A stretch of DNA of 55,351 bases, filler included, from Perkinsus olseni (lineage: Eukaryota): NCBI GenBank assembly GCA_013115125.1. It is 2 parts of 2 records of this genome, joined end to end, with 100 filler letters (N's around TTAATTAATTAA, not from the genome) between each part and the next. Parts side by side here need not be neighbours in the genome. Positions count along the whole stretch, not along the records: positions 1 to 27,687 come from JABANN010000461.1; positions 27,788 to 55,351 come from JABANN010000462.1. One strand, given 5' to 3'. Below, one piece after another: positions 26,131 to 37,205 of the stretch. The stretch's first letter is position 1. The number at the start of each line of letters is the position of its first letter. The notes beneath the pieces are model-generated. The model was given only the letters and a program-made list of their open reading frames with translations, searched no databases and was not told where the DNA came from. A program made the translations under genes and the position numbers.

Positions 26131-27687
26131 ATTTTCTTTGATTATTGTGACGGGCTGTCTATTATGATTCCTAAGTGATTCACTCAGCCTAACACAATGA
26201 CGCTAGTGGAGAGTAGTTTCCTTCATTGCGATAGCTAGGAGTTTGCAGGTTTATTTTCCTCCTCTGGTTGTGTTTCAATGAGTAATCAAGGAGATAACAA
26301 TCCCTCCATTAATAGGAAGACGTACAAGGACGCCGTCCTCCAAGACCGTTGAGATAAGGATGAGCTGCTCGCACCAGGCATAGGTGGGGACCAGTCATAT
26401 CAATGGCACAGACTTGAAGACACCCAGCAGCACCAGGCCATGGGATGGCCCCCATAGACTGGCGTTGTACACGATCAGCACGAGAAAACTGACAGCGTTC
26501 ACAGGTATCCACATGTCGGTCACGAGCCATACCATGCCAGAAGTAGCGCTGCTTGAGCAGTTTCGGTGTGCCAGCACGTCCACGATGTCCAACTGAATGA
26601 ACTCGACCAACCAAATTTTCCTTGAGCTCATCGTCGTTAACCAAGATGACGGGAGGTGGTCTTACTATCGTCCGTGGAGTCGACGTCGATAGTCACGATA
26701 CGAGCAACCGAACCTTTGGGTAGCACTTCGTAGTAGGGACTAGCCCGAGAATGTCCATCCTAGGGTTCTCAGCCTAACCTTAAAGGAGCTCTTCTACAGT
26801 GACTTAATCTCCAAGGGTCGTCCTCGATGGTGTTCACTCCTAAACAGGCGAAGTCTCCGGTTCAGCTTGGAGTAGTCAGTGGTGAACTGCCCTGTGGGGC
26901 ATCCTGGGGCGGCGCAGGGAAGCAGAATGTTGTAGGCGATGTCAGTAGACCTTCAGTGATGACCGAGGGGTAGGGGGGCGGTGACACTCGTCAAGTTGAG
27001 GTGACCCAGCTCTACGATCCGATGGATTACATTCTCCTCGAACATGGCGTACTCACGCTTGCATACCCTGCTTGTTAAGGCCCTGGATGATGTCTTCAAC
27101 AATCTTCAGTGGGAGTTGCTCAAGCCGTCCAAGTTTCGCCTTAGCCGAGCTGGTCTTGCGGAGGCGATGAAGATTGATAGCACTGTCGGTAAGGATTAGC
27201 TCCTTCTGAACGATAGTCTGTCGAGCCGCCTGATCTACAGGAAATAGCGAGACATGCTCGAAGAACCGAGTGTGAACTGGATTGCCGCCTCTCACGCCTA
27301 CGCAGAAGGCTTCGGCACTACCGTCGCAGAAGATGAAGATACCGTTCGAAATCTCAACGTGATGAAGAACCGGTTGCTGTAAGGAAAGTCCACAGAACCA
27401 GGTTGCCATCGTATTGCGGAAGTCTTCTGAACATGTAAAGTCCCACGGAGCGTCGTTGTTACCAATCTCGCGGGCTCGGAAGCGGGCAAATACGAAACTT
27501 TCGAAGAAGAGTCCTAGAGGGTCATAGTAGCGATTGACGAAGCCGATGGCCTCCCGTTTCGGGAGAGATTGACCTAGCCTTGTCGTGGGTACCGTAACGA
27601 AACAGGATCACGTCGGAGCCAATCTCAACCTGATATCCAAGGACAGACCGGTAAGTCGCCGTCGGACACGGAGAGAAGTTGTTCAAG

Positions 27688-27787
27688 NNNNNNNNNNNNN
27701 NNNNNNNNNNNNNNNNNNNNNNNNNNNNNNNTTAATTAATTAANNNNNNNNNNNNNNNNNNNNNNNNNNNNNNNNNNNNNNNNNNNN
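27688..27787. other. Artificial contig/scaffold spacer (N44-TTAATTAATTAA-N44)
   Basis: Exactly 100 bp; the central 12-mer puts stops in all six frames; base composition differs on the two sides. Confidence 0.95.
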
Positions 27788-28419
27788 AGTAAGGGTTAAG
27801 TTAAGCCTTTAACAACTCTGTGTGAGTTGAGTTGTAGTGGTATCAACAACATTCACTACATCTTCAGACACGAATGCCCTAGGCTCTCCACGTTGAAGAT
27901 TCATGAGGAAGAGTCCCATAGAACCCTCGCCGATCTAAGCAGCGGCTGAGGGGTGGCCATAGTTCTCACACGGGTGAACGTGTACCTCCCATGTGAAAGA
28001 ACAAGGCCGCGAAAATCAGCCAAAGTCTGGTGAGCACCAGACAACCAACGTCATACATTGATAACTAGTAGCGTTTGAATATCTGCACTAGCTTCGTTTG
28101 TGCGGAAGATGCTTCAAGTGGCTTATCACACAAACCACGTCTTCTACGTTGTGCGGGAGCGAAAAAATTCCTCTACTTCCCGAATTTCACTCTCGTCGAT
28201 CAGCCGTAGTCGATCACTGCCAGGAATCAACATTGTGCGGGGGAGGAGGTGAGTAGTCAATTGGTCAATCGATCAGGTGATGTAAAAAACCAGTTTTTTG
28301 CTTTTTATATCAATTGCGGATCAATAAATCAATTAACCAGTTCACGAGTGATTGATTTCTCAGCTCCCAACGACGAAAACGTCCCGGCAATCGAGGAGGT
28401 TCACGAACTGCTCCTGGAT

Positions 28420-28493
28420 GCCCGATTAGTTCAGCTGGATAGAATGTCTGCCTACGGAGCAGGTGGTCGTAGGTTCGAATCCTGCATCGGGTA
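28420..28493 (+). tRNA. tRNA-Arg(ACG)
   Basis: Full cloverleaf: GCCCGAT/ATCGGGT acceptor, TCTGC-CTACGGA-GCAGG anticodon arm, GTAGG-TTCGAAT-CCTGC T-arm. Confidence 0.93.
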
Positions 28494-28538
28494 GGCTTTC
28501 AGCTGTGGCCGATATTGCAGTAACCCTCGAAACGATGA

Positions 28539-28620
28539 CGACACCTGAGGGATTCGAACCCTCGCGAGCATAGCCCAACGGCTTAGCAGGCCGCCGCCTT
28601 AACCACTCGGCCAAAGGTTC
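28539..28620 (-). tRNA. tRNA-Ser(GCT) with mismatched acceptor stem
   Basis: 82 nt with a long variable arm, anticodon loop CT-GCT-AA and T-arm GAGGG-TTCGAAT-CCCTC; acceptor GAACCTT vs AGGTGTC has two mispairs. Confidence 0.8.
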
Positions 28621-29072
28621 TCAAACACAATAGGGTAGCACCAGCTGCTCCACTCATTGGAGCTTTCTGACTGAAAAACGCCTTACTCGCTATGCTATTC
28701 AGAAACTGCCTTGGCCAAGGTTCACGAGAGCCGCGGCCACTCGACCTCCCATGTATCTACCCGCTACTATCTATATCGTACAACGCAGGCAGGCTTCGAA
28801 CGGCTTCTGAGAATTGTACGACGCTGCCTACCACCCACGAAAAAAACGCACTTACAGCAGGAATCAACATTGTGCGGGGGAGGGGTGAACGGCCAATTGG
28901 TCAATTGATCAGGTGATGTATAAAAAATCATTATTTTGGCTAATCAGAAACTGCTGCGGCCAGAACTCACAGGGGCCACGGCCATTCGGCCTCCAATGCA
29001 TCTACCTGCTGCCTATAGTGTATAACGCGAGCAGGCTTCGAACGGCTGCTGTCAATTTCTCTACTCTCTTTA

Positions 29073-30840
29073 CTACCGGGGCATGCTCCCGGACGAACCC
29101 CCTGGGACTCGGAACTCAGCAACCAAAAGCACTTGAGTAGGCTCCAGGAGCGCTCCACAAACACTGCGCATGGTCGAACTCACTGAGTCGAGCCCAGCGT
29201 TGCACCGCGAAATTCCGAGGAGACCACATCCGCAGACTTCAAGTATCAATATTAGGGAGAGGTGGGGGCTCAACCAGCCGTACCTCCGCGGAAGCATAGA
29301 GTCTTGTCTTGCGAAGGTCCAAGTCGGAGTAACTGACGATCGCGAGAGTGAGTCGCCTGAGAGCAGATCCTTGAGGGAGTGGCACCCATTGAACAGTCTG
29401 CGTCCTCTCAAACCACAGGATTCTTCGATGTCGCTCATCCTAATGCCGCAATGCATAAGGGGCACCGGGTTGCTTGGTGATAACACAAGGGTTAAATGCA
29501 AATACCTCCAAGGAACAAAGCAGCGAAGCAAGACAGGTCTGAGCTCTCAAGCGTACAAATTCTTGTCAGATCGGCACAGAATCGGTGGAGCTTGGCGGTC
29601 CGCTTTCCACAAAGCCCATCCGGTGCTTGTGACTGGAGTTGATGCCACTGGACAGATACTCCCCTCCGTAGCACCAAGTAGGGGGTATCTGGCTCGGTAT
29701 CACTTGCGCTTCAAAAATGGCGTTTTCACAGAGGCTGCGTGTCAGATGACACGTTGCCCATATACATACTAGCGCTGAATACATCTTTCGCTAATCTCCG
29801 AGATTCTGGGCGAACCGAAAAAGCCTGCTGTCTAACCGACTAACTGAGGCAGCTCGACAGGATTCCTTTTCTCCTTCACCAGTTTTCCCTCTAAACCCAG
29901 CGTGGAGTTCCGATAGGTGAAGCCAGTCAGCCCAGTTATCGCTATTGGTGTGAATAGGACGCACACGGCACCCGCAGTGGCACGTGCCGTAATCTTAACC
30001 TGCGAATAAGCGAGCGCTCGTGGAAAGAGTTCCGAGGACCGCGGGCTCGTGCGCTTCAACTGATTGGTGCCGGTCTCGGCCTACGAATAGATTGACGCTG
30101 GGTTTCTCTCCGGCTGAATAAGCGGATTGGCCGTTCAAAGGAGAAAGTACATAAGGTGCCACCCCACTGCACTGAAGAGTCTCGTAGAGGGGGTACACAC
30201 AGGTACCTGGCAGGATGAGGGTCATGATGAGAAAAAAGAGGGTCCTCACCGACTAGGTCGTCAGAGCCTACGATGTCCCAGTCCAGGACAGTGAGTCTGA
30301 GCATCGCGTTGGGCGAGAGCAACTCGACTGCTCGAAGGGGCGGGGTCTCCACCCATTCGTTAAACACTGGGTCGCTCTCATTGTATCTACATAGTGTAGG
30401 GAACCTCTGAGAACGCTGCCGCCAGCAGCCTAGCGAGAACATCATTGCAGCAGCTTCCGGTCGGAAGTATACTACGATGACGCCACGCCATTGACGCCAT
30501 TGGTACACCGTTCTGGATCTGGGTCCACTCGAGTCCCCATCCCTTGCAATGCCGGTGGTATCAATCTGCACTGTGACGTAGCAATCAGCGTGCCCGATCA
30601 GATCCATCATCGGCACGTTTGTACACCTGACGAACAAGAGTCTACTAACTGCGGAAAGGAGGCATGGCAATTCGCCTCCCCATATAATTATAGCGCACTC
30701 TTTCAGCGAGGACAACTCACTTCTTTACGTGAACCGCAATAACAACATCCTCCACGGCGCCCCCGAACTCCCTCAACAAGATCGGCCGGATGGGGGCATC
30801 GTCCTCAGGCGCAGCCAATGCCCTCGCAGCACTCACCCTG
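29073..30840 (-). CDS. C2-domain-containing protein (multi-exon; may be the 3' part of a longer gene)
   Basis: Spliced VHVKKCTNVPMMDLIGHADCYVTV...NESDPVFNE...LRLTVLDWDIVGSDDLVG is a C2 signature with the Ca-binding Asp residues. Confidence 0.7.
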
Positions 30841-30899
30841 AACACGACTCAGCCGGCACATGCCATTTCAGTTTTCTCACATCCGATCTCTAGCTGAGC

Positions 30900-33270
30900 T
30901 CAAATATCCCCAGAGGCGTCCGTCGTCGCCGGGTGAATCGCTAGCTGACGGAGTGAATGAAGGCACATTTTGAGTGGGCTTCAGCTCTGCCGAGGACGGC
31001 AACCTCTCATCTTCCTCAGGTTGGGCCTACTGCCAAAACACCGAACGACTAACGCAGAGGACTGAACAAACCTCGTCAAGAGATCCACTGGATGACCACA
31101 ACGTCTTGAGCAGTGCAGCACTCCAGCCTACATCCTCTCGATCGTCCGAGATCTCCTCTATCGGGGGGTTCTTCGAGGTTGCGTTCGTTTTTGCTGGACG
31201 GTACTTATCTCCAAGGTCTGAGTTTACAAAAGGCTGGGTTTTTCATCCCGGCTCTTTGCAGGGAGTGCGAGATCTTCCAGTTCTCCCCTGGGCACAGCCG
31301 AGAATCTCAGATTTGTCGAAGGACCTACCATGTTTCTCATACGTCGAAGTCGACTGGTTCTCTACTTCCTGATGGTGTCCCGTCTCTTGATGCCGCATGA
31401 CTCGTTTCTTGATATCTATCCACGTTTCAATATTCTTTATGAGCCCATCCGTCGACTGATGCTCTTCCCGGTCGACCTCGGAGGGCGGCCCCTGAACAGA
31501 GATTCATTTCACTAAGCGGTTCAGCCAGTGTCCACCACTGACCTCCGCCGTACTGGTCTGGGCAGCAGACACCCCAGCTGGCGCTATACGGATACTTCTC
31601 GGAGTGCTCCTGCGAACCGGGTCTGAAGGAGGGCCATCAATCCTGAAACTTCGGAATGCTTTCGGTGTTACCCGACGCGCGCATGGCCGCTATTGTCTGA
31701 AAGGTTGGCATCGTCCCGCAGACGAACTGATTCGTTTGTCCAATCCCGTTCAGTGTCCCGGAACGGCTTGAGTTATCTCTCTTTAAGGTGCATTGGGAGC
31801 TGAGCAACTCATCATTCGACCGGACAGCAGCTGACTCGAGCGTTCCTATTCTTCGGTCGTTCGCGCGAAGAACTGGTCAGAAATTTCACCTTGTTGGAGG
31901 GGGTTCATCGGCGGATGTGCGCCGGTGTCCTTCACATGTCGCTCGATCGCTGTGAGTCCTGATTTCGATGACAAAAGTTGCGGACTTTGCTGAGAATCCT
32001 CCGACAATGTTCAATGAAATGAGCGTCTAGCATAGTAACCCACACGATGCATAACAGTAGCGTTACATTACCAACGATTCGTAAATTAGCTTTACTGTAT
32101 GGCCGCATCTGCGTCTTCGAAGACTCACGCGCATTTCCGGTCTTCCTGTAGTTCATTTCTGACTACTTTGCCTATCAGCACCTTCCGCGATGAATCATCG
32201 CTAGGCTTTGACATACGAACCTCAAAAACAGGGTTGAGTATCTTCACGAGGGATGTAATCGGGAGAGGTCATTCGATAGGAGATTATGGGAGGTCCACTC
32301 GAAAACTAAACTCCCGACAAGTGACAACCACAGGGACATCAGACACGAATACATGCACATCATGATGGAAGGAAAACCACGTATCACTGCCAGCCGGTTA
32401 AAAGACCATAAACCATGGCAGCAGCAGCCTCGGTCTTATCTCCATCATCAGTCAGACCTTTCCATTTGATATGTTTCTTCCCAACTTCATCCTTATACTT
32501 TTCATAAATTGCTGCACCGTATAGTCTGAGCTGTAAGCTGCACTTATCCGCATCCTCTGCACCGACAACGTCCACAGTCTCAACGCTATCTACCAGACTA
32601 CGTAGCTCGTCGAGTAGCTCCCATTGCCGCCCCTCATTGATCGGTGGTTGCAGTCTGAAGTAGTCGCTCACAAGAAAACAGTGAACGCGAGACGCAAAAC
32701 GGGCTAAGTTCCCGAGTCCAGCCGGAAGTTCGCGACTTCTCAACTCGGGACAGTCGCAAAACTCGGGTAACAGCCGCACTACCTGCTCAGTAAACCAGTC
32801 ACCTCATACGGCACTGGCTTCCTCCTCGAGGAGTTCCACCAAAACGACTGACCGAATAATTCCGGGCTGTTTGTGTACCTAGGAACACGAGAGTCCAGGA
32901 TCTTCCTACGCCCTGTAGGCCTTGAGTTTCAGTGTCGACGATTGATGAACCAGGCGAACTACAGGGACTGAATGGTTGAATAGTAGCCCACCTTCATCCC
33001 ATACGTCACGCGAGTGCAGAAGCTCTCCCTGTGGGCAAGTATACGGTTGTTTAGCATAGTCTGAACCTGTTTGCCGATGATGCCGGCCGCGCTCGAGGAG
33101 TTGTATTCCGCTGGCACGAAGTCCTCCGCGGCTCGATTGGTGGCATGCATGAGTTGCGTATGACATAAATGAATCATCATCCTGACTTGTTCATCAGACG
33201 TGAAAATTTCGCGCGCCCAAGCGTCGATCTGCTCTGGGCAGTCTCGGGATCTCTCGTCCTCCGACTTCAG
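30900..33270 (-). CDS. Hypothetical multi-exon protein
   Basis: Coding-like exons (QIDAWAREIFTSDEQVRMM.., FCDCPELRSRELPAG.., GPPSEVDREEH..) bounded by AG/GT; no domain recognised. Confidence 0.4.
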
Positions 33271-33499
33271 CGCGATATCGGATAAGTCGACGTAAAGGGT
33301 ATTGACGAACCTATCGAGACCGCCGCATCTTCTAGAATCTCACGTTGATACGTCAGCGCGCAACCAGGTTGATGGTGTTCTTGCCTTATTTGACATGATA
33401 TCACGACGTCACACAGTTTGCATGTGGGATCGAGATTAGCACGGTTCATCGCATATCTCTAAACCAATCACGGAAATATACTGTGCGCGAAGCACTAGG

Positions 33500-34241
33500 A
33501 TAAAAGCTAGCAGCAAAGGACTCCAGAGGAGCTTTCCACCCTAGATACATTCAATACTATTATCGAGAATTCTAGTGCGAAGGTAACTGCCCTGCTACTA
33601 TTCCAAGAGAGCACTGTATCCACGATATTTCATCAGCTACCATCGCTAACTCGCGACAAGCCTTTGATCAGGGAACAGTGGATCAACCGACGCTAACGAG
33701 AGACCAATGGCAGCACCTACCCAAGGGAACATGTGTGGTACCGATGGTAATAGTCGGCGGCATAGCCCTGCTGGCCCCGGCTATTCCAAGCATCAGCTCC
33801 GCGCCAACCCACACCGATACGAGTAAAAATCTGAGAGAGCTCTAATGCCAGTGACGCATCCTAACTCGTCCATATTGAGGCCTGTGATAGAGCGCTCACC
33901 TGCTCCGCCTCATATGTTATGCTCTCGGCTTTCGAGCATCTTTCGTGTCGCTGAAACAACAGTTAAGTTGTGCGCTGACGTGTATAGCCCAGCCCGGAGG
34001 CAAAACTGCCAGAGGAGCCGCCAGCTCTATTCACTCGGTGGTACCGAGTTGCTCGACCTAGAACATTTCCCCGGGTCAGTGAGCTTCCAGCACTTACAAC
34101 TCGCTTAAGAGGACGATCTTCCTCCCATGACTCGTCGACTCTGCGACGACGAAGATGGGAAGAAAATACGGGTATTTCTGAGCTAATGGTGATACTTTCG
34201 GCGAAGACGCACAGAAGGGTGATGTGTGAGAGTTGGACCAT
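33500..34241 (-). CDS. Putative secreted hypothetical protein (5' exons)
   Basis: MVQLSHITLLCVFAESITIS signal-like start, GTAAGT donor, further short exons; may join the downstream minus-strand exons. Confidence 0.3.
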
Positions 34242-34904
34242 GATGACCAACGAGCTGAAGGTCAAGCAAAGTTGGCAAGCACGATTGGCGCAAGGCCAGA
34301 AATAGAGGTGGCCTCGATCGGATCGGAAGAGTGTTCCAAGGTGGCATGACCGTCGTGCAACCACTGTGATGAGGAATGCTGATCGAGATCCCCCCTGAAG
34401 TTCAAATCATTCCAATGGCCCTTGTCGTTAGTAACAGCACACGATTTGGAATGTAATTCGTGAGTCTGAGGATGCTCTACGTCCCTGCTCATCGACCGGT
34501 AGCTCATCGGCTCAAGTGTTATCATGCATTATATGCGATGGCCGAGAGCTGCTCGTCAGCTATCGCCTATCGTGCAGGGCACAACCACACACACGGACCA
34601 ACTACGGGGTGACCAACAACGCACAGTCACCCGGGAACGAAATTCCGGCGCGAATCACGTGCAGACTCAACACGTGAGCCTCATATACTCCAGAATGAAG
34701 CGCAGATGACCACACGACCTGCCAGGTTACCGTTACCCCGGTGTTGGTGCTAACCACGAGTGTGTGCAAGATCATGGAGAGACAAAGATTTTGTGCGCGC
34801 GCCATATTGATCTGATATGCGCGCGCGATCTTCTTGTAAGGGATGTTGTTACTGCTCTAACAGTATCTTGCTTTTCCTCCATTATATTTATCTAAAGGCC
34901 CGCC

Positions 34905-35945
<1,041 letters not shown>

Positions 35946-36288
35946 GGAGGAAATCATCCAAAAGACTGCTCAGGGTGTCCTCGTGTCGATGAACATATGT
36001 AAGGCTTCAGTCGGGCTTGCATTGACATTGTTGCTTACTCTTCTTCAGTTGCGTCTCGCTCCCACAATTTTTGCTGACAAGATTTCATCTGTACTAAATC
36101 GCTAAGTTGGTCCAGTGTTGGTGTTTAATGTGCTTGCGGAGAGCAATTTCGCGTCGCGGTGGGTATTGTGGCAGCCACTGAGGAGCGTTGTCGATTTGAA
36201 GCACCTTTCTTGTGTGCGCTAGCTGTTGACTGTTGATGCTGCACCGCAACGATAGTCTTCCTCAATAGTCCTTTCGACCTGTCCCATC

Positions 36289-36968
36289 ATGGCCCAGATT
36301 AACCCTCAGTTTCAGTCGATTGGGGAGCAGTTTGTACAGCACTATTACGGAACATTCGACGCCAACAGGTCCAACCTTACCCCTCTCTACGGAGGTACGG
36401 TACAGGGTTGAAGACTTGGGTGACTCTCTCGACCGTTTAGATACGTCCATGCTCACGTTTGAAGGGGAGCAATTCCAAGGCGCCACGAACATAGTACAAA
36501 AGCTGGTTAGTTTGCCGTTCCTGAAGGTCCAGCATCAGGTGATCAGTGGGCTAGTAGTTTCTGACACCTCTAGCTTTGTCACGCCACATTGGCCACAAGT
36601 TCCGTATGCATCGCTTCCCGAGAGCACCGAGTGTATGCCACAACGTGTGACAGGTTATCAAGGCAGACTGTCAGCCTAACCCTTCTAACAATGGAGTGGT
36701 GGTCTTCGTTACCGGCAACTTGATGGTAGATGATAATCAGAACCCGCTCAAGTTTGGGCAGGTAGTAGTAGTCCCTCGCCTCGGACCGGAGTTTTCCCAA
36801 TCCTAGCCTTGCGAGCGAGGCCTGTGTGGATTCGATCTTGGGCTTTCTACGAGTTGGTTAAGCGTGGTGGTTGATGAAGCCTCGTGTTGGCAGGTTTTCC
36901 ATCTAGCTCCGAGCCCCTCTGGTGGCATCTACTGCCTCAATGACATGTTCCGTTTGAACATCGGCTGA
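36289..36968 (+). CDS. NTF2: Nuclear transport factor 2 (4 exons)
   Basis: MAQINPQFQSIGEQFVQHYYGTFDANRSNL..SMLTFEGEQFQG..DCQP..FVTG..NPLKFGQVFHL..NDMFRLNIG*; all introns GT-AG. Confidence 0.95.
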
Positions 36969-37205
36969 GGGGTTTGAGGGTAGTGATGCGACTATGATAC
37001 CTATTTCCTTCAACTCGAGCTGGCTCTTGAGCTACAGTTATTAATAGACAAAAGAAGAGTACGATGTTGTATGCCGGGGGAGTTTCGTGGCGCGTGACAA
37101 GATGGAATCGATCGCCACTGACAGCCATCTTACTATCGTTTTAATTTCCATATGATTACCACAGCTACCCTGCCGGTTCAAAGCAGAGGGGCTCTCACTT
37201 CTCTA

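Larger units (their letters stand above)
24494..27687 (-). mobile_element. Degenerate LTR retrotransposon pol (RNase H region and integrase), truncated by the contig end
   Basis: Frameshifted fragments: KREAIGFVNRYYDPLG..PWD..IFIFCDGS, TDSAINL, integrase HHCC (HSVGH..YFWHGMARD..CERCQ), IDMTGP, VVMDMATNY, WNITP..SP and WEGPYPV. Confidence 0.85.
28221..29050 (+). repeat. Degenerate direct repeats around the tRNA pair
   Basis: CAGGAATCAACATTGTGCGGGGG...GATCAGGTGATGTA at 28221 and 28858; GCTA(T/A)TCAGAAACTGC...GCAGGCTTCGAACGGCT at 28694 and 28939 (245-bp offset). Confidence 0.8.

Noticed and set aside
27732..27743. TTAATTAATTAA palindrome
   Set aside because: Assembly linker inside a symmetric N run; not biological, and adjacency across it is not evidence of linkage.
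28426..28614. ORFs MAEWLRRR.. and MSEWLRRW.. (41159-41374)
   Set aside because: Translations of tRNA genes.
29170..29772. 200-aa plus-strand ORF
   Set aside because: No motif; lies antisense to the apparent 3' exons of the C2-domain gene.
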